Shown in pieces: positions 14,684 to 27,643 of a stretch of DNA of 64,000 bases. The stretch is from Malacoraja senta (lineage: Eukaryota). The DNA lies in assembly GCA_038087875.1 (NCBI GenBank), contig JAXLNO010000385.1:992001-1056000 (forward strand). Direction: 5' to 3'. Every line of letters begins with the position of its first letter. The stretch's first letter is position 1. The position numbers were made by a program, and so were the translations under genes. The notes beneath the pieces were generated by a model. It worked only from the letters and a program-made list of their open reading frames with translations, was not told the origin of the DNA and searched no databases.

Positions 14684-17600
14684 AGAGTTCGAATTCGAAT
14701 TCGAGTTCGAGATCGAGTTCGAGATAGAGTTCGAGTTCTAGAGAAAGTTCGAGATAGACTTCGAATTCGAGATAGATTTCGAGTTCGAGATAAAGTTTGT
14801 GAAAGAGTTCGAGTTCGAGATAGTGTTCGGGTTCGCATTCAAGTTCGAGCTCGAGTTAGGGTTCAATGAATGAATGAATGAATGAATGAATGAATGAATG
14901 AATGAATGAATAAGTTTACTGGCCAAGTATTCGCATACAACGAATTTGCCTTGGTGCTCCGCCCGTAAGTCGAACTCCAACTCGAGTTCGAGATAGAATA
15001 TGAGTTCCAGATTCTCGTTCGAGTTCTAGATATTTCGAGTTCGAGATAGAGTCCGAGTTCGAGTTCGTATTCGAGTTCGCGAAAGAGTTCGAGATAGATA
15101 TATAGTTCGTGATAAAATTCGAGATAGAGTTCGAGTTCGTTCGATTTGGAGTTGGAGTTCGAGTTCGCGTTCGAGTTCGAGTTCGAGATAGAGTTCGAGT
15201 ACGAGATACAGTTCGAGTTCGAGTTCGAGTACGAGTTCAAGATAGAGTTCGAGATCGAGTTCGAGAGAGTTCGAGTTCGAGAGTGATTTCGAGTTCGAGA
15301 TACAGTAAATGAATGAATGAATGCATAAGTTTATTGGCTATGTATTCACATACAAGGAGTTTGTCTTGGTGCTCCGCCCGCAAGTCGATAGAGATAGAGT
15401 TCGAGTTCGAGATAGTGTTCGTGATAGAATTAGAGTTAGAGTTCGAGTTCATGTTCGAGTTGGAGTTGGTTCGAGTTCATGTTCGAGTTGGAGTTCAAGC
15501 TCAAATTCGTTTGAGTTCGAGTTCGAGTTCGAGTTGAATGAATAAATGAATGGATGAATGAATTAATGAATAAGTTTATTGGCCAAGTATTCACATACAA
15601 GGAATTTGCCTTGGTGCTCCGCCCGTAAGTCGAAATCCAACTCGAGTTCGAGATCGAATTCGAGTTCGAGTTCGAGATAGATTTCGAGTTCGAGATAGAG
15701 TTCGAGGTCGAGATAGTTCGATTTTGAATTCGAGTTTTAGCTAGAGATAGAGTTCGAGTTCAAGATCGAGTTCAATATAGAGTTCCAGTTTGAGATCGAG
15801 TTTTAGATCGAGTTCGCGTTCGAGATAGATCGAGATAGAGTTCGAGTTCGAGAGAGAGTTCGAGATAGTTCGAGTTCGAGCTAAGAGTTCGAGTTAGAGA
15901 TAGAGTACGAGTTCGAGTTTTTGTTAGAGAGAGAGAGATCGAGATAGAGTTCGAGTTCGAATTCGAGTTCGAGTTCGAGATAGAATAAGAGTTCTAGTTC
16001 GAGATAGAATTCGAGTTCGAGTTCGTTCGAGCTCGAATTCGAGTTGAATGAATGAAAGGATGTATAAGTTTATTGACTAAGTATTCACCAAGTTTATTGG
16101 GTAAGATTTATGCCTTGGTTCTCCGCCCGAAAGTCGAACCGGAACTCGAGTTCGCGATAGTTCGAGTTCAAGATAGGGTTCGAGATTGAGATAGAGATCG
16201 AGATCGAGTTCGAGAGAGAGTTCGAGATAGATTTCGAGATAAATTTCCAGTTCGAGATAGCGTTCGAGTTCGAGATTGAGTTCGAGATAGAGTTCGAGAT
16301 CGAGATAGAGATCGAGATCGAGTTCGAGTTAGAGAGAGAGTTCCATATAGAGTTCGAATACAAGATAGTTCGAGTTCGAGTTCAAGATAGTTCGAGTTCG
16401 AGTTCGAGTTCGCGTTCGAGATAGTTCGAGATAGAGTTCGAGTTCGAATTCGAATTTTAGCTAGAAACAGTTCGAGTTCAAGATAGATTTCGAGTTCGAG
16501 TTCAAACTAAAGTTCGAGTTCGAGATCGAGATCGAGTTTGAGATCGAGTTCGCGTTCGAGATAGTTCGAGAGAGAGTTCGAGATAGAGTTCAAGTTCGAG
16601 AGAGTGTTCGAGATATTTCGAGTTCGAGATAAGTGTTCGAGTTCGAGATAGTTCGAGTTCGAGATAGAATAAGAGTTCGAGTTCGAGATTTAGTTAGAGA
16701 GAGAGTTCGAGAGTTCGAGAGAGAGTTCGAGATAGAGTTCGAGTTCGAGATTGAGTTCGAGTTCGAGCGAGAAAGAGTTCGAGCTAGCGATAGAGTTCGA
16801 GTTCAAAATAGAGTTCGAGTTCTAGTTCGAATTCGAGTTCGAGATGGAGATCGCGTTCGAGATAGAGTTCGTATTCGAGATAGTTCGAGATAGAGTTCGA
16901 GTTCGAGAGAGTGTTGGAGATAGTTCGAGTTCGAGTTCGAGATAAGAGTTCGAGTTCGAGATAGACTACGAGTTCGAGTTCGAGTTTTAGTTAGAGAGAT
17001 AGAGAGATATAGTTCGAGTTCGAATTCGAGTTAGAGTTCGAGATAGAATTCGAGTTCGAGTTCGTTCGAGCTCGAGTTCTAGTTGAATGAATGAAAGAAT
17101 GTATAAATTTATTGACTAAGTATTCACCAAGTTTATTGGCCAAGATTGTTGCCTTGGTGCTCCGCCCGAAAGTCGAACCCGAACTCGAGTTCGAGATAGT
17201 TCAAGTTCGAGATAGGGTTCGAGATCGAGATAGAGATCGAGATCGAGATCGAGTTCGAGATCGAGGGAGAGAGAGATAGATTTCGAGATAAATTTCGAGT
17301 TCGAGATCGAGTTCGAGACAGTTCGTGTTCGAGATAGTTCGAGTTCGAGATAGTTCGAGATCGAGTTCAGATCGAGATCGAGTTCGAGTTCGAGAGCAAG
17401 TTCCAGATAGAGTTCGAGTTCAAGATAGAGTTCGAGTTTGAGTTCGAGATCGAGTTCGCCTTCGAGATAGTTCGAGATAGAGTTCGAGATAGAGTTCGAG
17501 TTCGAGATAAGTGTTCGAGTTCGAGATAGAGTACGAGTTCGAGTTTTAGTTCGAGAGATAGTTCGAGTTGAAGGAATGAATGAATGAATGAATGAATTAG

Positions 17601-20600
17601 TTTATTGGCCAAGCATTCACAAACAAGGAATTTGCCTTGGTGCTCCGACCGTAAGTCGAAATCCAACTCGAGTTCGAGATCGAATTCGCGTTCGAGTTCG
17701 AGTTCGAGATAGATATCGAGTTCGAGATCAAGTTCGAGGTCGGGATAGTTCAAATTCGAATTCCAGTTTTAGCTAGAGATAGAGTTCGAGTTCAAGATAA
17801 ATTTTAAGATCGAATTCAAGATAAAGTTCGAGTTCGAGATCGAGATCTAGTTTCAGATCGAGTTCGCGTTTGAGATAGTTCGAGATAGAGTTCGAGATAG
17901 AGTTCAAGTTCGAGAGAGAATTCGAGATATTTCGAAATCGAGTTCGAGATAGTTCGAGTTCGAGATAGAGTACGAGTTCGAGTTTTAGTTAGAGAGAGAG
18001 TTCGAGATAGAGTTCTTCAAGTTGGAGTTCGAGTTCGAGTTGGAGTTCGAGTTCGAGATAGAGTTCGAGATAGAGTTCGAGTTCGAGTTCAAGTTCGAGC
18101 TCGAGTTCGAGTTAAATGAATGTATGAATGAATGAATACGTTTATTGGCCAAGTGTTCCCATACAAGGAATTTGCCTTGGTGCTCCGCCGGGAGCACGAA
18201 CTCCAACTCGAGTTCGAGATCGATTTCTAGTTCGTGTTCGAGATAGACTTCGAGTTCCAAATAGAGTTCGAGGCCGAGATATTTAGTTCGAATTCGAGTT
18301 TTAGCTGGAGATAGAGTTCGAGTTCAAGGTAGAGTTCGAGTTCGAGTTCGAGATCGAGTTCGCGTTCGAGAAAGTTCGGGATAGTTCGAGTTGGAGTTCG
18401 AGTTCGAGAGACAGTTCGAGATATAGTTCGAGATAAGAGTTCGAGTTCGAGTTCGTGTTCGAGTTCGAGTTGACTGAATGAATGAATGATGAAGGAATGA
18501 ATGAATGTTTATCGGACATGTATTCACATACAAGGAATTTGCCTTGGAGCTCCGCCCGCAAGTGGAACTCGAGCTCGAATTTGACATCGAGTTCGAGATG
18601 GAGATGGAGATTGAGTTCGAGTTCGAGATAGAGTTCTTGATAGTGTTGGAGTTCGAGTTCAAGTTTGAGCTCGAGTTCGAGTTAAATGAATGAATGAATG
18701 AATAAGTTTATTGGCAAAGTATTCACATACTCGGTGTTTGCCTTGGTGCTCCGCCCGTAAGTCGAAATCCAACTCGGGTTCGAGATCGAATTCGAGTTCG
18801 AGTTCGAGATAGATTTCGAATTCGAGATAAAGTTCGAGGTCGAGATAGTTCGAGTTCGGATTCGAGTTTTAGCTGGAGATAGTTCGAGTTCAAGATAGAG
18901 TTCGAGTTCAAGATAAAGTTCGAGTTCGAGATCGAGTTTGAGTTCGAGTTCGCGTTCGAGATAGTTTGAGATCGAGTTCGCGTTCGAGATAGTTCGAGAT
19001 AGAGTTCGAGATAGAGTTCGAGATTGAGTTCGAGCTAGAGTACGAGTTCCAGCTCGAGTTCGAGTTGAATGAATGAATAAATGGTTGAATGAATGAATGA
19101 ATGAATGTATGAATGAACTAATTTATTGGCCAAGTATTCACATACAAGGAACTTAGCACAAACATAATTCAGTTTAAAAAGATGTACAAAAACACTTTTT
19201 TAAAGGATATTGGGATGAGGATAGGTGATTGTGAGTGGGATATTTGTTACACTGATTGTATAGGGTGATGGGTTGACTAAGGGGTACTGTATAGTATATG
19301 AGGGTTATGGGTTGTATATATGACTGAGGGATACTGTGACGTATATGAGGGTTTTTTCTTTTCTTTTTTCTTTTTTATCTCTTATTTTGTATGGCTTTGT
19401 AAATATTTGATTAGTGTATAAATGTAAATAGTTTGGTGTACATATAGCTGCTGGTGTACATATGGTGTACATATAGCTGCTAAATGTGTATAAGATAATT
19501 ATAAGCAGTTGAATAACGGGGTGGGAATTAATAAGCTTTGGCTTCTTCCTGCTACTTTTCGGACACATATGATTTCATTTATTTACAGATATTGTTTATG
19601 ACACTATAAATATTCTTGTTTTGTTTTTTTGTATGCTGTTTCACACTTTTTTTTAATTCTTTTATTCTGTTCGAAATAAACAATAAAATAAACTCTCTCG
19701 ACTCGAACTCGAACTCTATCTCGATCTCGAACTCTCTCTCGAACTTTCTCTCGAACTCGAACTCGATCTCGAACTCGATCTAATGAATGAATGAATGAAT
19801 AAGTTTATTGGCAAAGTATTCACATACTCGGTGTTTGCCTTGGTGCTCCGCCCGTAAGTCGAAATCCAACTCGGGTTCGAGATCGAATTCGAGTTCGAGT
19901 TCGAGATAGATTTCGAATTCGAGATAAAGTTCGAGGTCGAGATAGTTCGAGTTCGGATTCGAGTTTTAGCTGGAGATAGTTCGAGTTCAAGATAGAGTTC
20001 GAGTTCAAGATAAAGTTCGAGTTCGAGATCGAGTTTGAGTTCGAGTTCGCGTTCGAGATAGTTTGAGATCGAGTTCGCGTTCGAGATAGTTCGAGATAGA
20101 GTTCGAGATAGAGTTCGAGATTGAGTTCGAGCTAGAGTACGAGTTCCAGCTCGAGTTCGAGTTGAATGAATGAATAAATGGTTGAATGAATGAATGAATG
20201 AATGTATGAATGAACTAATTTATTGGCCAAGTATTCACATACAAGGAATTTGCCTTGGAGGTACGCCAGCAAGTCGAACTCCAACCCGAGTTCGAGATAG
20301 AGTTCGAGATGGAGTACGAGTTCGAGTTCAAGTTCAAGTTCGAGCTCGAGTTCGAGTTAAATGAATGAATGAATGAATGAATAAGTTTATTGGCCAAGTA
20401 TTCACATACTAGGTGTTTGCCTCGGTGCTCCGCCCGTAAGTCGAAATCCAACGAGTTCGAGATCGAATTCGAGTTCGAGTTAGAGATCGAGATCGAGTTC
20501 GAGATAGAGTTCGCGTTTGAGATCGACAGCGAGTTCGAGTTCGAGTTGACTGAATGAATGAATGAATGAATACGTTCACTGGCCATGTATTCACATACAC

Positions 20601-23120
20601 GGAATTTGCCTTGGTGCTCCGCCCGCAAGTCGAACTCCAACTCGATTTTGCGGTCCGAGAGAGTACGAGTTCGAGTGCGAGTTCGGGAGCGAGTTGGAGA
20701 TAGAGTACGTGATCGAGTTCGAGTTCTAGTTGAAGTTGCGTTGGAGTTGGTGTTCGAGATAGAGTTCGAGTTCGAGATAGTTCGAGTTCGAGATAGAGTT
20801 CGGGTTCGAGTTCAAGTTCGAGCTCGAGCTCGAGTTAAATGAATGAATGAATGAATAAGTTTATTGGCCAATATTCACATACAAGGAATTTGCCTTGGTG
20901 CTCCGCCCGTAACTCGAACTCCAACTCGAATTATAGATCGAATTCGAGTTCGAGTTCGAGATAGATTTCGAGTTCCAGTTCGAATTCGAGTTCGAGATAG
21001 ATTTCGAGTTCGAGATAGATTTTGAGGTCGAGATATATACAGTTCGAATTCGAGTTCGAGATAGTTCGAGTTCGTTCGAGCTCGAGTTCGAGTTAAATGA
21101 ATGAATGAATGAATACGTTTATTGGACATGTATTCACATACAAGGAATTTGCCTTGGTGCTCCGCCCGTAACTCGAACTCGAGTTCGAGATCGAATTCGA
21201 GATAGATTTCGAGTTCCAGTAGGAGTTCGAGTTCGAGTTAGATTTCGAGTTCGAGATAGCGTTCGAGGTCGAGATATTTAGAGTTCGAATTCGAGTTTTA
21301 GGCAGAGATAGAGTTCGAGTTCAAGATAGAGTTCGAGTTCGAGTTCAAGATAGATTTCGAGTTCGAGTTCAAGATCAAGTTCGCGTTCGAGATAATTGGA
21401 GATAGAGTTCGAGGTAGAGTTCGAGAGAGAGAGAGATTTCGAGATAGAGTTCGAGTTCAAGATAAGAATTCGAGTTCGAGATAGAGTTCCAGTTCGAGAT
21501 AGAGTACGAGTTCGAGTTCATTGAGATCGAATTCTAGTTCGAGTTCCAGTTCGAGTTCGAGATCGAGTTCGCGTTCGATTGAGAGTTCGTGATAGAGATC
21601 GAGTTCGAGATAAGTTACAGTTCGATATAGTTCCATTTCGAATTCGAGTTCGAGATAGAGTTCGTGAAAGAGTTCGAGTTCAATTTCGAGTTGGAGTTGG
21701 AGTTGGAGTTGGAGTTCGAGTGAGTCCGAGTTCGAGTTCGAGAGAGAGTTCGAGTTCGAGATAGAGTTCGAGTTCGAGATAGAGTTCGTTCGAATTCGAG
21801 TTCGAGAAAGAGTTAGAGTTCGAATTCGAGTTCGAGTTCGAGTTCGAATTCAATTTCGAGTTCGACATCGAGTTCGAGATAGAGTTCGAATTCGAAGTCG
21901 AGTTCGAGATAGTTGGAGTTCCAGTTCGGGAGTGATTTCGACATATAGTTCGAGAGAGTTCGAGATAGTGTTCGAGGTCGAGATAGAGTTCCTGAAAGAG
22001 TTCGAGATAGTTCGAGTTCAAGTTCGAGTTGGAATTGGAGTTGGAGTTCGAGGTAGTGTTCGCGTTCGAGATAGATCGAGTTCGAGATAGAGTTCGAGCT
22101 CGAGATATAGTTCGAGTTCGAGTTCGAGTTCGAGTACGAGTTCGAGTTCGAGTACGAGTTCGAGTTCGAGTTCGAGTTCGAGTGCGAGTTCGTGATATAG
22201 TTCCAGTCCAAGTTCGAGTTGGAATCGGAGTTGGAGTTCGATAGAGTACAAGTTCGAGATATAGTTCGACTTCGAGTTCAAGGACGAGTTCGAGATCGAG
22301 TTCGAGATCGAGTTCTGGTTCGAGAGAAATAGTTCGAGATAGAGTTCGAGATACAGTTAGAGTTCGAATTCGAATTCGAGATAGAGTTCGACTTCTAGTT
22401 CTTTCGATCTCGAGTCGAATGATTGATTGAATGAACGAATGAATGAATGAATGAATTTATTGGCCAAGTCTTCACATACAAGGAATTTGCCTTGGTGCTC
22501 CGCCCGCAAGTCGAACTCCAACTCGAGTTTGAAATAGAGTTCGAGGTCGAGATGGTGTTCGACATAGAGTTTGTGTTCGACAGAGAGTTCGATATATAGT
22601 TTGAGATCGAGTTCCAGATCGAGTTCGAGTTCGAGAGAGTGTTCGAGGTAGATTTCGAGGTCGAGATAGAGTTCGAGTTCGAGATATACGAGTTCGAATT
22701 CGAGTTCGAGAGTTCGAGTTCGAGTTCGAGTTGAATGAATGAATGAATGAATGAATGAATAAAAGAATGAATGAAAGAATGAATGAATGAATGAATGAAT
22801 GAAAGAGTGAATGAATGAATGAATGAATGAATACATTTATTGGCCAAGTATTCACAAACAAGGAATTTGCTTTGCTGGTCCGCCAGCAAGTCGAACTCCA
22901 ACTCGAGTTCGAGATAGAGTTCGAGCTCGTATTCGAGTTCGAGTTCGAGTTCGAATGCGAGTTCGAGATAGAGTGCGAGTTCGAGGGAAAGTTCGAGAGA
23001 GAGTTCGAGATAGAGTGCGAGTTCGAGTTCGAGATCGAGTTCGAGATCGAGTTCGAGTTCGAGAGAAAGTTCGAGAGAGAGTTCGAGATCGAGATAGAGT
23101 TCGAGTTCGAGTCGAGAGAG
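14684..23120 (+). repeat. Hexamer satellite block with ~18 cassettes, interrupted by an inverted insert at 19150-19781
   Basis: Cassettes at ~14915, 15330, 15575, 16069, 17108, 17601, 18141, 18508, 18708, 19122 (truncated), 19804, 20219, 20386, 20575, 20860, 21118, 22456, 22836. Confidence 0.95.
19150..19781 (-). repeat. Inverted copy of 23032-23663 (LINE 3' UTR + satellite)
   Basis: Reverse-complement match at both ends. ORFs 19305-19568(-) and 23245-23508(+) differ by one residue. Confidence 0.93.
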
Positions 23121-23810
23121 TTTATTTTATTGTTTATTTCGAACAGAATAAAAGAATTTAAAAAAAGTGTGAAACAGCATACAAAAAAACAAAACAAGAA
23201 TATTTATAGTGTCATAAACAATATCTGTAAATAAATGAAATCATATGTGTCCGAAAAGTAGCAGGAAGAAGCCAAAGCTTATTAATTCCCACCCCGTTAT
23301 TCAACTGCTTATAATGATCTTATACACATTTAGCAGCTATATGTACACCATATGTACACCAGCAGCTATATGTACACCAAACTATTTACATTTATACACT
23401 AATCAAATATTTACAAAGCCATACAAAATAAGAGATAAAAAAGAAAAAAGAAAAGAAAAAACCCTCATATACGTCACAGTATCCCTCAGTCATATATACA
23501 ACCCATAACCCTCATATACTATACAGTACCCCTTAGTCAACCCATCACCCTATACAATCAGTGTAACAAATATCCCACTCACAATCACCTATCCTCATCC
23601 CAATATCCTTTAAAAAAGTGTTTTTGTACATCTTTTTAAACTGAATTATGTTTGTGCTAAGTTTTATCTCCTGTTCCAGACCATTCCACAAATTAACCCC
23701 ACAGATTGCTATGCACATAATTTTAAGAGTTGTTCTGACATTGAGTTTTTAAAAATTATTTTCCCCTCTCAAATTATACCCACTCTGTTTTTCCATAAAC
23801 AGTTTTTCTC
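23121..23810 (-). mobile_element. CR1-group (Crack/L2-like) LINE 3' fragment, copy 1
   Basis: The paralog encodes YNLRG...RTTLKSMCISICGVNLWNGL...FKMMYK (LINE ORF2 C-terminus). AT-rich 3' UTR ends in AATAAA-like repeats. Confidence 0.7.
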
Positions 23811-24010
23811 GAGTTCGAGATCAAGTTCGAGCTCGAGTTCAAATTCAATGAATGAATGAATGAATGAATGAACACTTTTATTGTCCTAGTACTCACCTAC
23901 AGGGAAGTTGCCTTGGTGCTCCGCCCGCAAGTCGAACTCAAACTCGAGTTCGAGATAGAGTTCGAGTTCGAGATAGAGAACGAGTTCGCATTCGAGTTCG
24001 AGTTCGAGTT

Positions 24011-25506
24011 CAAGAATCAAGAATCAAGAGAGTTTATTGTCATGTGTCCCTGATAGGACAATGAAATTCTTGCTTTGCTTCAGCACACAGAACATAGTAG
24101 GCATTGACTACAAAACAGATCAGTGTGTCCATATACCATTAACTACGTAAAAAGTACAAATAACAGATAATGGACTATTAACGTTCAGAGTTTTGTCCGA
24201 GCCAAGTTTAAAAGCCTGATGGCTGTGGGGAAGTAGATATTCCTGAACCTGGTCATTGCAGTCTTCAGGCTCCTGTACCTTCTACCTGAAGGTAGCAGGG
24301 AGATGAGTGTGTGGCCAGGATGGTGTGGTTCATTGATGATATTGCCAGCCTTTTTGCGGCAACGACTGCGATAGATCCCCTCGATGGAAGGGAGGTCAGA
24401 GCCGATGATGGACTGGGCAGTGTTTACTACTTTTTGTAGTATTTTCCTCTCCAGGGCGCTCAAGTTGCCGAACTAAGCCACGATGCAATCGGTCAGCATG
24501 CATTCTACTGTGCACCTGTAGAAGTTCGAGAGCGACCTCCTTGACAAACTGACCCTCCGTAATCTTCTCAGGAAGTAGAGGCGCTGATGTGCTTTCTTAA
24601 TAATTGCATCAGTGTTCTCGGACCAGGAAAGATCTTCAGAGATGTGCACGCCCAGGAATTTGAAGCTCTTGACCCTTTCATCCAACGACCCGTTGATATA
24701 AACGGGCCTGTGGGTCCCCATCCTACTCCTTCCAAAGTCCACAATCAGTTCCTTGGTTTTGCTGGTGTTGAGGGCCAGGTGATTGTGCTGGCACCATATG
24801 GACAGTTGCTCGATCTCTCTTCTATACTCTGACTCATCCCCATCAGTGATACGTCCCACAACAGTGGTGTCGTCAGCGAATTTGATGATGGAGTTCGCAC
24901 TATGACTGGCTACGCAGTCATGATTATAGAGTGAGTAGAGCAGGGGGCAGAGCACGCAGCCTTGAGGTGCTCCCGTGCTGATTGTTATCCAGTCTGACAC
25001 AGTTCCACCAATACGAACACACTGCGGTCTGTGAATGAGGAAGTCGAGGATCCAATTGCAGAGGGATGCGCAGAGACCCAGTTCTGCGAGTTTGGTAACC
25101 AGCTTGGAGGGGATGATTGTATTAAATGCCGAGCTGTAATCAATGAATAACTGCCTGACATATGAGTTGTTGTTGTCCAAGTGGTCCAGAGCGGAGTGGA
25201 GGGCCAGCAAGATCGCATTCACCATTGATCTGTTTTGGCGGTAATCGAACTGCAGTGGGTCCAGGTTTTTGTCGAGGTAGGAGTTGATTTCCGCCATGAT
25301 CAACCTCTCAAAGCACTTCATCACCACAGGCGTTAGTGCGACTGGTCGATAGTCATTGAGGCACGTCACTTACTCATCGTGGGCACCGGTATAATTGATG
25401 CCCTTTTGAAGCAGGTGGGAACCTCGAACCTCAGAAGTGAGTGGTTGAAAATATCCGTAAAAACTCCAGCCAGTTGGTCCGGACAGGTTTTTTCGAACAC
25501 GACCAG
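24011..25506 (-). mobile_element. Rex1/Babar LINE, 5'-truncated, (GATTCTT)n tail, copy 1
   Basis: ORF 24473-25369: [44 protein letters not shown]-terminal LLPSGRRYRS. Tail caagaatcaagaatcaag on the + strand. Confidence 0.93.
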
Positions 25507-25839
25507 TTAGAATTGGAGTTGGAGTTCGAGATAGTTCGAGTTCGAGATAGAGTTCGAGTTCGAGAGAGAGTTCGATATAAAGTTCGAGATCGAGTTCCAG
25601 ATCGAATTCGAGTTCGAGTTCGAGTTGATTGACTGAATAAATGAATGAATACGTTTATTGGTCAAGTATTCACATACAAGGAATATGCCTTGGTGCTCCG
25701 CCCGCAAGTTCGAGATAGAGTACGAGTTCAAGTTCGAGCTCGATTTCTAATTCGAGTTCGAGTTCGAGTTCGAGATAGAGTTCGAGTTCGAGATAGAGTT
25801 CGCGATAGAGTTTGAGTTCCAGTTCAATGAATACGATAC

Positions 25840-25960
<121 letters not shown>

Positions 25961-27169
25961 AACGAGAGAGAGATTGTTGATTTGTAGTCCTTATAATAAC
26001 AATGGCCTTACACCATGTCAGGTTAAATAGAGTTTATTGGTTACAAGCACTTAGGAGTTCAATTTAAGACTAACGGAATGCAACAGACCGCGACGCTAAC
26101 AAGCTAGTGGGCGTAACTACAAATGCAAGACATAGCATGAGCCAGGAATCTACATCCCCCTGTTAATGAATCAATAACGATGTACATCCATAACTAAGCA
26201 AAGCAAATATCACAACCGATGATAGACTGGTGGAAAGTGAAACATAGTCCGGATACATCACGACCGGCTTGCAAACACGACCGGGACGTGTACGATAGAG
26301 GCCATCTCCATTCTTTTTCTCTGGGGAAAGAGCAGGCGATGTCACCGCCGTGGGGGAGTGGACCAACGTCCCTGGAGTCGAAGCAGGAGAACGTGGCGCA
26401 CGCGAAGATGGAACAGACAGAGGAACTGTCGCAGGCATGGATTGTTGTGCTGACAAGGGCATTCGGGGGTCACTAGATGCAGATTAAAATGAACTTCCAC
26501 GATCCGGATAATAAGGAGGAGTGAATGACTCGTTCACAGGCAGAAGATGTTGCGTCGGTAGGTGGCGCCATCGGCTCAAACAATGTACCAGCGTGGCTCC
26601 GAAGCGGGACCGGACACCACCCCAATACGCTCATGGCCTTTGTCAGTCTGTAAGAGAACCACCTGTCCTTTGGTCAATGGTGGCAATGGCTTACTCGTCT
26701 TGTCGAACCATATCTTTTGAACGTCACGCATTTTTTGCAACCTGGATTGAACCTCCTTTGGCGGAAACACATGTGGAGTTAATGTTTGCTCCGCTACGGG
26801 AGCGTGGGGGAGGAGAGAGAAGAGGGGAGAGAGAGGAGGAGAGAGAAGGGAGAAAGAGAAGGGAGAGAGAGATAAGAGAAAGAGGGAAGAGGGGAGAGAG
26901 AAGGGTGAGACGGGAGCGTGGGGTTTATTTTCCCACACAAGCCAATGGTGACTGGGCAATCTGAACCCAAGCACCAAGTTGAAAGCGGCCGAATGTGTGT
27001 ATTCCTCGGAACAGCCGCCACTCTCCCACGACCACCCTCCGTGGGCTGCGGGTCGGGTGGAGCGGAGGTTTGGGACAATGTTCATGCCTTCACAGTGATG
27101 TGATGGACGCGGGGGTCTGGAGAAATCGCTGACAATTCCCGCCCCAGCAACGTCATGTCCGTTATTGGA

Positions 27170-27390
27170 CTTTTCTGTTGAGCGGCAGTCGGTCCTTAGG
27201 CTTATTGCCGGCGCCGCCTTTCGGGTAGGTGGCGTTTTGACAGAACTGTCATTCGGTAAGTTTGCTTTTCGGCGTCGCAGCTTTTCGGTTCTTTGGCTAT
27301 TAGGCGTCCCGCCCTTTCGCTTAGTAGGCGTTTCGTCTTCGGACTCTTTCGGTTTATTGGCGTTTCGGCATCGTTTCCATTCGGTTCTTT
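27170..27390. repeat. 16-bp-period array with TTCGG core and divergent spacers
   Basis: Core C (or decayed base) at 27190, 27206, 27222, 27238, 27254, 27270, 27286, 27302, 27318, 27334, 27350, 27366, 27382. Confidence 0.8.
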
Positions 27391-27415
27391 GGTTACGACT
27401 TCTTTGCTTCGGCTT

Positions 27416-27643
27416 CTTGTCTGTCGGCGCCACGTCTGGGTATCATCTGGCCAGCCGTGCTTAATGACAGAAGTTAGCGACCGTAGGGTCTTGTCTGTCG
27501 GCGCCACGTCTGGGTATCATCTGGCCAGCCGTGCTTAATGACAGGAGTTAGCGACCGTAGGGTATTGTCTGTCGGCGCCTCGTCTGGGTATCATCTGGCC
27601 AGCCGTGCTTAATGACAGAAGTTAGCGACCGTAGGGTCTTGTC
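27416..27643. repeat. 3 x 74-bp tandem duplication of Gypsy pol sequence
   Basis: Units start at 27416, 27490 and 27564, and cttgtc recurs at 27638. Confidence 0.92.

Noticed and set aside
23245..23508. 87-aa ORF present in three copies (19305, 23245, 54376)
   Set aside because: It is antisense to a LINE 3' UTR. Conservation is explained by duplication, and the third copy is truncated.
27170..27390. 16-bp array as a mini-CRISPR
   Set aside because: The ~5-bp core and ~10-bp spacers are far too short, and no associated genes are present. Kept only as a phased motif array.
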